In this document: positions 8,500 through 18,164 of the stretch, one piece after another | Layout: each line of letters starts with the position of its first letter | Position numbering within the stretch: the first letter of the stretch is position 1 | From: Oligoflexales bacterium | GTDB lineage: Bacteria > Bdellovibrionota_B > Oligoflexia > Oligoflexales > Bog-1112 | Reading direction: 5' to 3' | Assembly (NCBI GenBank): GCA_045106415.1 | Contig: JBGCEP010000064.1 | Coordinates: forward strand, 1-21,672 | DNA length: 21,672 bases | Notes under the pieces: generated by a model | Told to the model about the DNA's origin: nothing | What the model saw: the letters and a program-made list of their open reading frames with translations, nothing else | Databases searched by the model: none | Translations under genes and position numbers: made by a program

Positions 8500-9897
8500 T
8501 TAATCTTCCTCAGGGGAAGTTCTCAAAAGACGAAAACCAATAAAACACTCAGCTTCATCAGATCTATTGAAAAATTGTGCAAAAGGTCCAACATCTTCTG
8601 AAGAGCCAAAGCAACTGCCTCCGCATATAGCAACTTCACCCGAAGTGGGGGTTCCCACCCACTCCCAAACACTCCCAAACATCCATGCTCCTAAATGACC
8701 TCGAACTTTAGATTTCACAGGCAAAGGTTGCCCAGCATTCAAATCTTGACCAAAGTCTGAATACTTCGAAGTATTTCTCTCAAACCCTGGTACAACGTTT
8801 TCATTTGCCATTTCCTGCCACTGAGCCTTACTCGGAAGTTTAAACTCGCCTTTAAAACCTTCTTCTTTAAGCGCTATATTCAAATGATAAAGAAAGTCTC
8901 TCTCAATCTTATGATAAGAAATATTCTCCATAGGAAGGTCTAATCCATAACCAGAAAAATACGCTGGATTCTTTTGTGTTACTGCCTCCCATTGCCTCTG
9001 AGTCACCCAATGAGACATCATGAACTCAACTTCTCCATCACCTTCCACAGGGACCGCTACAAACTCAAAATCAACCCCACTAAGACGCAAAGTATAGTAC
9101 GTGAAGACTTTTTCTCCATGCGTTTCTTCCCGAATATCACTCCAACCCACACTACGATTAGGCTTTGTACCCGAAACACCTAGAACACCGTCTTTACACG
9201 TCAGAAGATAAGAACTTAAACGCGAACTAAAAACACACCTGTCATCTTTATCCAAATCTTTAAAACCTTTTATCTTATATTTAAGGTTTTTCATGCCCTG
9301 AGATAATAACTTGAGTTCAACCCCATCTAGATCTTTTAATTCACGAGAGCCATCTTCACGCTCAAGATTTTTAAAATGATCTGAAAATAAAAACGGGTAT
9401 AAACCACAACTTAAAAAACGTGCATCCCTCTCAAAATCCGAACGCCGGAATATTGCCTTCGTTTCATCTGGAGTACAAGCAAATACATAATCTTTTGCCT
9501 CTGAATCCTTACACAGATGATTTAAATTGAAGTCATCTTTCCCGAAGTCTGAAAATCGGGTTTCTAACCCTAACTCAAATCTCTGAAACTGAGCCTCAAG
9601 CTTCATGCCATCACATTTTTTCTTTGTCTCTGCCAAAAGACCTGACGCCTTTTCCTTACTTGCAAAAACAACACTTTGTGCATAATTCACGCAATATTTG
9701 TCAAAAGCCTCTTTCTCGGACACAAGCCTTTTCTGATCCATTAAAAGTTCAGAAACCTTATCCAATACTTCTTCTTTAGAACAGCCTAAGTCACGGCAAA
9801 GATGATTCACAATACTTTTATTCTCAGAATGAAAAAAATTTTTCATTCCAAAGCCAACTGATGGAAAAAATATCAGCAAAAATAAAAATGATCGCAT
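8500..9897 (-). CDS. Secreted protein with C-terminal FGE-sulfatase (SUMF1/EgtB/PvdO) fold domain
   Basis: Signal-like MRSFLFLLIFFPSVGFG; C-terminal VTQRQWEAV..NPAYF, PMENISY, LPSKAQW, MFGSVWEW, GGS, IGFRLLR. Confidence 0.82.
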   Translation of the reverse strand: MRSFLFLLIFFPSVGFGMKNFFHSENKSIVNHLCRDLGCSKEEVLDKVSELLMDQKRLVSEKEAFDKYCVNYAQSVVFASKEKASGLLAETKKKCDGMKLEAQFQRFELGLETRFSDFGKDDFNLNHLCKDSEAKDYVFACTPDETKAIFRRSDFERDARFLSCGLYPFLFSDHFKNLEREDGSRELKDLDGVELKLLSQGMKNLKYKIKGFKDLDKDDRCVFSSRLSSYLLTCKDGVLGVSGTKPNRSVGWSDIREETHGEKVFTYYTLRLSGVDFEFVAVPVEGDGEVEFMMSHWVTQRQWEAVTQKNPAYFSGYGLDLPMENISYHKIERDFLYHLNIALKEEGFKGEFKLPSKAQWQEMANENVVPGFERNTSKYSDFGQDLNAGQPLPVKSKVRGHLGAWMFGSVWEWVGTPTSGEVAICGGSCFGSSEDVGPFAQFFNRSDEAECFIGFRLLRTSPEED

Positions 9898-10078
9898 TTA
9901 AAATTCCTACAAAAGTCTCTTACAACAAATATTGAGCCTTGCGACAAAAATATTTTCTTATTATTAACATAAATACAGAAAAAAAATGGCCTGAAAACGC
10001 CATTAAATTAAAACAATTATTGGGACTCACAACAAGCAAGAAAAGATCTTTAAAATCGAAATGTTAACCAAATTATTC

Positions 10079-11145
10079 GGCGTTGTTGCATAAATCAATT
10101 CGAGAATTTTAATTCCATCAATGATGAAGTCATTCAAGTTATTTTCGATTTTGGCATACCTAAATGGGTCATTCGACTCAGAATTTGCGCACCGACCCTA
10201 AGTTCCGTACATTGATTGCTAAAATTTATAGCACGCAGTTTTAGGCCTCATATCGTTTTGTAACGAAAGAATGTATTTCCAACTAAACTTCGATTATGAT
10301 ACTCAACTTCTTTTTTCCATTGTTTTTGCACGAGGTTCCAGACTTTTCTGATATTATTATTGTGAAGCATCTGTCCCACATTGCTTTTGTTTGTGAGTGC
10401 AGCACCACTGCGAAGAGGAGTGCGAAACCAGGCTTTACCCCGTGCAATTGCATCATAGGCATACTTGTTACCGTAAGCCTTCCCCCCTGTTACAGCCTCA
10501 ATTTCGCTTGATGTGTTCTGGATAAGGTTGTCCGTTTCTAAACTGACATGAACATTAGACCCGTCATAGTAAGGGATGTTATTTGTCTCGTCTCAACATC
10601 AACACTGACATGAAATTTCTTCCACTTGCGTCTTTTTGATTTTCCATGAGTTCTCATATGCCATTCCCCTTCTCCATGAATTTTCATCCCAGTGGCATCA
10701 ATGAGCAGGTGTATAGGTTTTCCTAGATCAATATGTTCTAAAGCAACATCAATATCCTTCGCATGTCTTGAAAAAGTCGGATCATTTGGAGCTAGAAAAT
10801 CTATATTGAGAAGGTGGAACAGACCTTCTATAAAACCTTATAACTGGCGAAGCGGTAAGTGGTAAATGCTCTTTAAAATCAATCCAGGTTCAATGGCATG
10901 ATTACTATATAAAAGTGGCCGCCCTCTTTTTGGAGAGCACTCGGAAGAAACCCATTGTCTCAATGGGTTTCTCATCAAAACAGGCTATAATATTTCCCCG
11001 GTTAATCAAAGATTGATGATATTGCTACCAATTTTTGACACGATAAGTATGCTTCAAATCAGCTCTCTAAAATTTTAGTTTTTTATCGAGCCAAATTCGA
11101 GATGGCTAACTTCCTGACTTCAACAATGATTTATGCAACAACGCC
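10079..11145 (-). mobile_element. IS5-family, IS903-group insertion sequence (1067 bp) with inactivated transposase
   Basis: Perfect 19-bp terminal inverted repeats GGCGTTGTTGCATAAATCA (10079-10097) and TGATTTATGCAACAACGCC (11127-11145), similar to the IS903 end GGCTTTGTTGAATAAATC; internal transposase motifs. Confidence 0.93.
10134..11057 (-). pseudogene. IS903-like DDE transposase pseudogene
   Basis: YRVKNW*QYHQSLINRG, GRPLLYSNHAI, LPLRQ, IDATGMKIHGEGEWHMRTHGKSKRRKWKKFH, WKKEVEYHNRSLV, MTHLGMPKS*; in-frame stops and frameshifts. Confidence 0.9.
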
Positions 11146-11179
11146 TCATCAGAAATTATTGTGAAAACTTAACCTTTCA

Positions 11180-12358
11180 CTACTCCATTAAATGCATAGC
11201 CCAGGGCATACCAAGCTCCATTCGACCGAGAGTTTGATGTAAGACTGGTTCTGTTGGGGGATGAAAGGCCGCGGCTGTCACATTACGTAAAGAGCGGGAA
11301 AGTGGGTGATTTTCAAGATAAGTTGCTCCGCCAACAAGGTGCATCAGCTCAGTAACGATTTTTTGGCACTCTCGCACAGTGGATTGCTTCACCGAAAAGG
11401 CATGACTCAGAGTTTGTGAAGTTTCTATTTTTTCGGCGAGCTGGGCAGCAGATGTACACGCCAGCTCTTGTGAAAGAAGACGCCCTGATAGCTCTCCTAA
11501 TCGACTTTGAACACCTGGTGACTCTGAGCGAGTTCGTCCATCTCCAAAACGTGCTTTATGAAGACCTTCAACAGCGAGGTCCATCGCTCGCCTTGTTAAA
11601 CCGAGATACACCGCACTTGCCGTCAAAGCAAACCACACCATACCTGATGCAAAGGTATCCCCTTCATCAACCCCTGGCTTTGTGCGATGAAAAATCAAAC
11701 TTGAAGGAATCTCACACCCTTCTAAAATCACCATATCTGATTCTGAGCACTTCATTCCAAGAGTTTTTTGGCCTTCTCTCATCGAAATCCCCGGTGTCTT
11801 CGTGGGAACTAAAGCTACAATTAAACGATCTTCTCTATCTTCATCCGTCATTGCCTGCAAACAAATTAAATCCGATCGCGCAGCTAACGAACAGGGTACT
11901 TTAAGACCCTGTAACCTATAGCGCCCTTTCCCTAAATGTGTTGCTTTCGTATGCGAATGCAACACATTTCCACCAAGACCAGGTTCTGCAAATGCAGAAG
12001 CCACAACGCAATTCTTTTTGGCAATCCCTTCTAAAAGCATCCATGACAAATCTTTTGTTGCAGACCAATGCTCAACCATTAACCCGACAGTAAATAAATG
12101 CATATTAAGTCCAACAGCCATCGCTGGGTTTTCCATCCCAATTTGATACTGAACAGCACAGCTCTCTAAAAGCGTAGCCCCTAAACCGCCTAGTTTTTCC
12201 GGTATTGCTAAACGCAAGTAACCTTGATCAATAAGTGCCTGTACGCAATCATCGTCCATTTTATGATTTTCATGCTCCGCAGAAGATCTTAACTGCACAC
12301 GAAGATACTCAGGTAGGAGATGAACTATATCTCCCCATAAACTTTTACAATACGGCAT
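11180..12358 (-). CDS. Acyl-CoA dehydrogenase-fold flavoprotein, probably a flavin-dependent monooxygenase-type member
   Basis: IPEKLGGLG, LNMH, FAEPG, LQGLK.PCS, LGMKCSES, SAVYLG, VGGATY...HPLSR.LRNV. Start placed at ATG 12358 (GAGG upstream) rather than TTG 12370. Confidence 0.85.
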   Translation of the reverse strand: MPYCKSLWGDIVHLLPEYLRVQLRSSAEHENHKMDDDCVQALIDQGYLRLAIPEKLGGLGATLLESCAVQYQIGMENPAMAVGLNMHLFTVGLMVEHWSATKDLSWMLLEGIAKKNCVVASAFAEPGLGGNVLHSHTKATHLGKGRYRLQGLKVPCSLAARSDLICLQAMTDEDREDRLIVALVPTKTPGISMREGQKTLGMKCSESDMVILEGCEIPSSLIFHRTKPGVDEGDTFASGMVWFALTASAVYLGLTRRAMDLAVEGLHKARFGDGRTRSESPGVQSRLGELSGRLLSQELACTSAAQLAEKIETSQTLSHAFSVKQSTVRECQKIVTELMHLVGGATYLENHPLSRSLRNVTAAAFHPPTEPVLHQTLGRMELGMPWAMHLME

Positions 12359-12536
12359 ATTCAACCTCAATCACTATGGCACAAGATCCATGTATCACTA
12401 ATAATAAAAAGATGAAAATGAAAACAAAAACAAGATGTCACAACAAAGATTTTTCAAACAATATCGCAAATAAAAAGTGCTAATCATCATATAAAATGAT
12501 AAAAATCTATTAAGTTCTTATGAAAAAGGTTGGACT

Positions 12537-15500
12537 ATGAGCGCTGTTTTAGAGGACATTATCCAAAATCGTATCGCTATCCTCGATGGCGCCATGGGCA
12601 CGATGATCCAACGTTATAAACTTGAAGAGGAAGATTTTCGAGCAGATCACTTTGAGAATCATCCTTCAGACCTAAAGGGAAACAACGACCTTTTATCACT
12701 AACACGCCCTCATATCATTGAACAGATTCATACGGCTCACCTTGCCGCTGGCGCTGATATTATTTCTACAAATACTTTTAATGCAACCTCCATCTCACAA
12801 AATGATTACCAACTAGCTCATATTGCAGCAGACCTCAATAAACAGTCAGCTCAAATCGCAGTACGTTGTGCAAAAAAATTTCAGAATCGCTTTGTTGCTG
12901 GGGCGATTGGCCCAACAAATCAAACATGCTCCATGTCACCTGATGTCAACGACCCTGGCTATAGGGCTGTGACTTATGACCAACTTGTTGAAGCTTACAA
13001 AGAACAAGCTGTTGCGCTTATCGAAGGTGGTGTTGATATCCTCTTAGCAGAGACTGTTTTTGACACCCTCAATCTCAAGGCTTGTATCCGAGCTATGGAA
13101 GATGCTCAGGAAATTTGCAACACATCCAAGCCAGTCATGATCTCTGTTACGATTACGGATAAATCAGGCCGCACCTTATCAGGTCAAACCATTGAAGCAT
13201 TTTGGACTTCAATTAAACACGCAAAACCTTTTTCTGTCGGTATCAATTGTGCTCTTGGTGCAAAAGACATGCGCCCCTATATCGAAGAACTCTCTCAAAT
13301 ATGTTCTTGCTATATCAGTTGCCACCCAAATGCTGGTTTACCTAACCCTCTCAGTGAAACTGGTTATGATGAGACCCCTGAAATCACAGCATCTCTTGTC
13401 AGTGAGTTTGCTGCATCAGGGTTTGTGAACATCATCGGCGGCTGTTGCGGCACAACTCCAGATCACATTGCCGCTATCGCAAAAAGCGTAGAAGATATCA
13501 GACCTCGTGTTCCTCCAATTCTCCTTCCTACGACGATCTTATCAGGATTAGAGCCCTACCGGATGACCAACTCTTTCAGCATGATTGGTGAAAGAACAAA
13601 TGTAACAGGGTCTCCAAAATTTCGACGACTCATTAAAGAAGAAAAATTTGATGAAGCTCTCGAAGTCGCTCGCCAACAAGTTGAAAATGGCGCAAATCTT
13701 ATCGATGTGAATTTTGATGAGGCACTTCTCGACGGTGTCGCTTGTATGAAAAAATTCCTTTTTCTCATGAGTTCTGAGCCTGATATTGCGCGCGTACCTT
13801 TTGTTATTGATAGCTCTCGGTGGGAAGTCATTGAAGCTGGGCTCAAATGTGTCCAAGGAAAATGCGTTGTCAACTCCATCGCTCTCAAAGATGGCGAAGA
13901 TGTCTTTTTACAACGAGCAAAAGAAGTTCAACGATACGGTGCCGCTGTCATGGTTATGGCGTTTGACGAAGAAGGACAAGCCGCAGATAGAGATCATAAG
14001 ATCGCTATTTGTAAACGAGCCTACGACCTTCTTATTGGAATTGACTTTCCTGCTGAGGACATCTTCTTTGACCCCAATGTCCTTACCGTCGCCACAGGAA
14101 TTGAAGAACACAATAGGTATGCTCTCGACTACATTGAAGCGGTTTCTTTAATTAAGAAAAATTGCCCTCACGCTCGAATCACTGGCGGTATTAGTAATAT
14201 TTCTTTTTCATTTCGAGGGAATAATCTTGTTCGAGAGGCCATGCACTCTGTCTTCTTATATCACGCCATCCGTGAAGGCTTAGATATGGGAATCGTCAAC
14301 GCAGGTATGCTGGAAGTCTATGAAAACATCGAAGAAAAGCTTCTCATTCTTATCGAAGACGTGATCTTAAACCGTAACCCAGAAGCCACAGACCAATTAA
14401 TTGAGTATGCTGAAGGCCTGAAGAATCAAACCACTGAAAAAGCAGTTAAAACCCTTGAATGGAGAAATCAAACTGTTCACAAACGTATTGAGCACGCTCT
14501 TGTTCATGGACTTACCACCTTCATTGATGACGACACCGCAGAAGCATATGAAACACTCAAACATCCACTTGAAGTCATTGAAGGCCCTCTTATGCAAGGC
14601 ATGCAAGTTGTTGGACAACTCTTTGGCGATGGAAAAATGTTTCTACCCCAAGTAGTTAAAAGTGCAAGAGTGATGAAACAAGCTGTTGCTTGGCTTCAAC
14701 CTTATATGGAAGCATTAAAAGCTCAACAAAAAAACAGTACTAAAAAACAACAAAAAACCTTCGTCATAGCGACCGTCAAAGGAGATGTTCACGATATTGG
14801 GAAGAACATCGTCGCGGTCGTTCTTCGTTGCAACGACTTCCATGTAGAAGACCTTGGGGTTATGGTTCGCTGCGAAGATATATTAAATAAAGCTGAAGAA
14901 CTCAACGCAGATTTAATTGGCATGAGCGGTTTAATCACACCCTCGCTTGATGAGATGATTCACAACACAAAAGAGATGGAGCGGCGAGGTATGACAACTC
15001 CTCTGCTCATTGGTGGAGCAACCACTTCTGCAGCTCACACAGCTTTAAAAATAGCACCTCATTACAGCGGGGCTGTTTGTCAGGTCAGCGACGCTTCTTT
15101 AGTTGTCGGAGTTTGCAACCAGGTCCTCAATCCTCTTCATAAAGACAAATATATTGAAAACTTAAAAGCAAAACAAGCGTCTACTCGCGAACGTCTTCAA
15201 GCTAATATGGGAAAATCAAAAAACCTTACCTTAGAAGAAAGCAGGGAGCGTAAGCCACATCTCGAATGGGATCACATCCAAGAATATCAGCATGTTCCAT
15301 ATGGGGTACACACCGAAAATTTTAAGATTCAAGACCTCATAAACTATATTGATTGGAGCCCTTTCTTTTGGACTTGGGGTCTTCGTGGTGCTTATCCTAA
15401 AATTCTAAAATCTGAAAAGTTTGGAGAACAAGCCAGCATTCTTTTTAAAGAAGCTCAAGAACTCTTGCAGGAGATCGTTGAAAAAGACATTTTTAAGATT

Positions 15501-16184
15501 CGTGGAGTCTATGGGTTTTGGCCTGCATATCAAGACGGCGAAGATGTTATTTTGTATAACAGCACAACACAAGAAAAAGTAGCCACTCATCACTTTTTGC
15601 GCCAACAACGACAAAGTGAAAATAGAAAAAATCACTACTGTCTTTCTGACTTTATCGCACCACATGGACATCATGATTGCCTTGGTGCTTTTGCTGTTGG
15701 AGTCACAGGTGTGGAAGATTTTGCAAAAATAGCTGAAGATAGAGGAGACGACTACACTTCCATTCTGACCAAAGCCATCGGCGACAGACTTGCAGAGGCC
15801 AGCGCCGAATACTTGCACAAAAAAGTTCGAGACCTTTTTGGTTTTGGCCTTGAAGAAAACCTCAGTTTTGAAGACTTGTATAAAGAGACCTATCGGAGTA
15901 TCCGTCCTGCACCTGGCTACCCCGCTTGCCCCGAACACTCTGAAAAAGAAAATATATGGTCACTCCTCGACCCAGAAAAACACTGTGGAATTCGTATTAC
16001 GGAGAATTATGCCATGTATCCAGCAAGCTCTGTCAGTGGGTATTATTTCATGCACCCCCAAGCGCAGTATTTTCGTATAGGAAACATCTCAAAAGACCAA
16101 GTCGAAGACTATGCTAAACGCAAAAATTTATCAGTTACTGAAGTTGAAACGCTCTTGTCGTCTAATTTAAGCTATTCAACATGA
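12537..16184 (+). CDS. metH: Cobalamin-dependent methionine synthase
   Basis: [33 protein letters not shown] (Hcy/Zn domain), [10 protein letters not shown] (pterin domain), [33 protein letters not shown] (B12 domain), [10 protein letters not shown] (reactivation domain); 1215 aa. Confidence 0.98.
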   Translation: MSAVLEDIIQNRIAILDGAMGTMIQRYKLEEEDFRADHFENHPSDLKGNNDLLSLTRPHIIEQIHTAHLAAGADIISTNTFNATSISQNDYQLAHIAADLNKQSAQIAVRCAKKFQNRFVAGAIGPTNQTCSMSPDVNDPGYRAVTYDQLVEAYKEQAVALIEGGVDILLAETVFDTLNLKACIRAMEDAQEICNTSKPVMISVTITDKSGRTLSGQTIEAFWTSIKHAKPFSVGINCALGAKDMRPYIEELSQICSCYISCHPNAGLPNPLSETGYDETPEITASLVSEFAASGFVNIIGGCCGTTPDHIAAIAKSVEDIRPRVPPILLPTTILSGLEPYRMTNSFSMIGERTNVTGSPKFRRLIKEEKFDEALEVARQQVENGANLIDVNFDEALLDGVACMKKFLFLMSSEPDIARVPFVIDSSRWEVIEAGLKCVQGKCVVNSIALKDGEDVFLQRAKEVQRYGAAVMVMAFDEEGQAADRDHKIAICKRAYDLLIGIDFPAEDIFFDPNVLTVATGIEEHNRYALDYIEAVSLIKKNCPHARITGGISNISFSFRGNNLVREAMHSVFLYHAIREGLDMGIVNAGMLEVYENIEEKLLILIEDVILNRNPEATDQLIEYAEGLKNQTTEKAVKTLEWRNQTVHKRIEHALVHGLTTFIDDDTAEAYETLKHPLEVIEGPLMQGMQVVGQLFGDGKMFLPQVVKSARVMKQAVAWLQPYMEALKAQQKNSTKKQQKTFVIATVKGDVHDIGKNIVAVVLRCNDFHVEDLGVMVRCEDILNKAEELNADLIGMSGLITPSLDEMIHNTKEMERRGMTTPLLIGGATTSAAHTALKIAPHYSGAVCQVSDASLVVGVCNQVLNPLHKDKYIENLKAKQASTRERLQANMGKSKNLTLEESRERKPHLEWDHIQEYQHVPYGVHTENFKIQDLINYIDWSPFFWTWGLRGAYPKILKSEKFGEQASILFKEAQELLQEIVEKDIFKIRGVYGFWPAYQDGEDVILYNSTTQEKVATHHFLRQQRQSENRKNHYCLSDFIAPHGHHDCLGAFAVGVTGVEDFAKIAEDRGDDYTSILTKAIGDRLAEASAEYLHKKVRDLFGFGLEENLSFEDLYKETYRSIRPAPGYPACPEHSEKENIWSLLDPEKHCGIRITENYAMYPASSVSGYYFMHPQAQYFRIGNISKDQVEDYAKRKNLSVTEVETLLSSNLSYST

Positions 16185-16202
16185 GCGCTTAAATAAAAGG
16201 GG

Positions 16203-16571
16203 CTATTTTTTAAGTGCCGACTGATCAGAGAGCATGATTTTTCTAGGCAAGGATTGTATTTTAAATTTTTCTCGTAACTTCCCATCGTGATCAATAAAGC
16301 AAGGGATTGTCGATTGAATTCCCAAAAAATCCAAAACCCTCTCAGCTTCTTGTCGTGTATCATAAGTCGCAATCACTACAGAACGAGGTGATGTTGCTTG
16401 AATAAGATGAGGCTTACAGCTAGCACACCAGGAAGCGAAAAAAACAACCTCTTTCCACTTTTTTTGTTCAGCTACTCTTTCGAATTGCTCAACCTTTATA
16501 GGAAAACATCTCCCTCCATAAAGATTTGCGCCGCTTAATGTTACTCCGATTGTTACAATAAAAATTTTCAT
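16203..16571 (-). CDS. Exported thioredoxin-fold (TlpA/ResA-like) protein
   Basis: VVFFASWCASCK and FKIQSLP (cis-Pro loop); hydrophobic N-terminus MKIFIVTIGVTLSGA. Start placed at ATG 16571, 1 nt after the upstream gene's stop. Confidence 0.8.
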   Translation of the reverse strand: MKIFIVTIGVTLSGANLYGGRCFPIKVEQFERVAEQKKWKEVVFFASWCASCKPHLIQATSPRSVVIATYDTRQEAERVLDFLGIQSTIPCFIDHDGKLREKFKIQSLPRKIMLSDQSALKK

Positions 16572-16572
16572 T

Positions 16573-17460
16573 TTAATTCGCAAAATTATGAATCCACCCT
16601 AAAGTGAGTGATTGTGAGCGAGTCGCCATACGTTGTTTCATGCCATATAAGCTCGTTTGAACAAAAGTCACACGGAATTCAGACATGAGATCGACTGGGA
16701 CCTCAAAAGTTAAAAACCCATCATGTTGCAGCGACGACGACATGGCGATACTCACTCCATTTTGGACTTTTTCCATTTTTTGTTTTCGGTTCATACCAAA
16801 AACAACCTTAGTTTTTCCAACACGATACCCTCCCGTAAGGGTAAAGGAAAAAGCATTACCAGGAGTCATTTTTAAACCATGATATTCTTCTGGAAGGGAT
16901 GTTTGAAAAAGAACATTGCCTCCATAAATCCACTGATTCATACCCCACCACAAATCAACCCCAAGGTAGAAAGAGTGAAACCCACCTCCCATAGCATCAA
17001 GTAGATTAGGATCTTGACTCTCAAACGAAGCCAGTCCCAGTGGTAATAAATAACCCATGATCATTTGAATCTGAGGTTTAAAAGGTTGAGCAAGAGACGG
17101 CATTAGAAGATCATACCTTGCCATCAAAGTAGGATCTGCAAACCCAAGCTTACTTCTATTTCCAAGGTTGTGCCGTTGATATCTCAAGTTAAATGCTGCA
17201 ATGAGCTTATCCGTCATACGGTAACCATATGAAAACTCTGAACGAATTCTCTGATCCAAATTTGAATTCGAAGACACTCGCCCACCGCTGGTAATATTTT
17301 CAAAACCGCGATCAGATCCAAGCCCTAAATAAACCTTATGATTTTCTGCAGGGGAAAACACAAGGGGGTTACCTGCCCCTGACCCACAAGAAGCACAACT
17401 CAGCGCACGGGAAGAATCAACCAACATCATCAATATTAAAAAAAATCTGATTAGCATCAT
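16573..17460 (-). CDS. Putative outer-membrane beta-barrel / transporter-like protein with N-terminal CxxC
   Basis: Signal peptide followed by CASCGSG; alternating amphipathic strands (RSEFSYGYR, GFADPTLMARYD, FSFTLTGGYR); ends LTLGWIHNFAN; overlaps the upstream stop (ATGA). Confidence 0.7.
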   Translation of the reverse strand: MMLIRFFLILMMLVDSSRALSCASCGSGAGNPLVFSPAENHKVYLGLGSDRGFENITSGGRVSSNSNLDQRIRSEFSYGYRMTDKLIAAFNLRYQRHNLGNRSKLGFADPTLMARYDLLMPSLAQPFKPQIQMIMGYLLPLGLASFESQDPNLLDAMGGGFHSFYLGVDLWWGMNQWIYGGNVLFQTSLPEEYHGLKMTPGNAFSFTLTGGYRVGKTKVVFGMNRKQKMEKVQNGVSIAMSSSLQHDGFLTFEVPVDLMSEFRVTFVQTSLYGMKQRMATRSQSLTLGWIHNFAN

Positions 17461-17903
17461 TCAACCGGACGCAAGACTGTGACGGTTGCAACATCTGTCG
17501 TACCATTCACCGTCGCTGCCACAGTAGCCACCCAAGCGCCTGCATCACCTGCCATCATAAAATTAATACCTGAGACCATAAAATGCCCTACTGAATCTGT
17601 ATGCGCCATGATCGTTTGATCAGTTTCTATTGTTCCATGACCCATTGCTGGCATCGTCAAAGTAAAAGCAGACAAAGCGACATTTCCAGTCAACGCCGCT
17701 TTATCTTTATCTAATAAAGTGACATGAACAGCATTTGTACTCACACCTGATTTAAGAGAACCTGCCCATTTAAGTTGGGCATGAAAAAGTTGATTAACCG
17801 AAGTTGCTTCATCTAATTCTGGAAAAGGTGACAGACTTTCTTCACCACCACAAGAAACAACTACAAATAAACTCATAAGAAGGAAAAGTATATAATGCTT
17901 CAT
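17457..17903 (-). CDS. YtkA/FixH-like lipoprotein, putative metal (Cu)-binding
   Basis: MKHYILFLLMSLFVVVS|C lipobox; LTMPAMGHG and INFMMAG..GAW motifs typical of YtkA-like domains; AGGTGAG upstream of ATG 17903. Confidence 0.75.
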   Translation of the reverse strand: MKHYILFLLMSLFVVVSCGGEESLSPFPELDEATSVNQLFHAQLKWAGSLKSGVSTNAVHVTLLDKDKAALTGNVALSAFTLTMPAMGHGTIETDQTIMAHTDSVGHFMVSGINFMMAGDAGAWVATVAATVNGTTDVATVTVLRPVE

Positions 17904-18127
17904 TTTACTCACCTGTTGCATCGCATGTTCATGTTCTTATGATTTTAGCATGCAATACACATCACTCCTCTTTAATAGCTATTCATGTAAGCCTTCTTTC
18001 TCAAGTTTTTATTCATACTAAATAACTCTATCCCACCTTAATCACCACAGAATATCATTATATTTTCAATACCATAATGAGCACCCTCAACTTTTCAGGC
18101 ACTCTTTCAATGTAATTTCCGACACGG

Positions 18128-18154
18128 AAAAAGCGCCCCCAAGAGGAGGGGCAC
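18128..18154 (-). terminator. Intrinsic terminator
   Basis: Minus strand GTGCCCCT-CCTCTT-GGGGGCGC-TTTTT: an 8-bp GC-rich stem with two G-U pairs, then a U-tract. Confidence 0.65.
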
Positions 18155-18164
18155 AATGAGCTTC

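Noticed and set aside
8500..8700. FGE-fold C-terminus as a diversity-generating retroelement target
   Set aside because: I found no reverse transcriptase and no adenine-variant template repeat in the window; targeting from elsewhere in the genome cannot be assessed.
10070..11160. AAATTATT on both sides of the IS903-like element as a target-site duplication
   Set aside because: The copies are offset from the IRs (1 nt on the left, 7 nt on the right) and are low-complexity AT sequence.
11416..11904. Longer shadow ORFs (11416-11904, 15405-15938, 3245-3646, 13786-14151, 761-976 and others)
   Set aside because: They overlap well-supported genes in other frames or strands and show no motifs.
12359..12536. 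Cobalamin or SAM riboswitch upstream of metH
   Set aside because: The region is short and very A-rich, with no recognisable B12-box or SAM core; an Rfam scan would be definitive.
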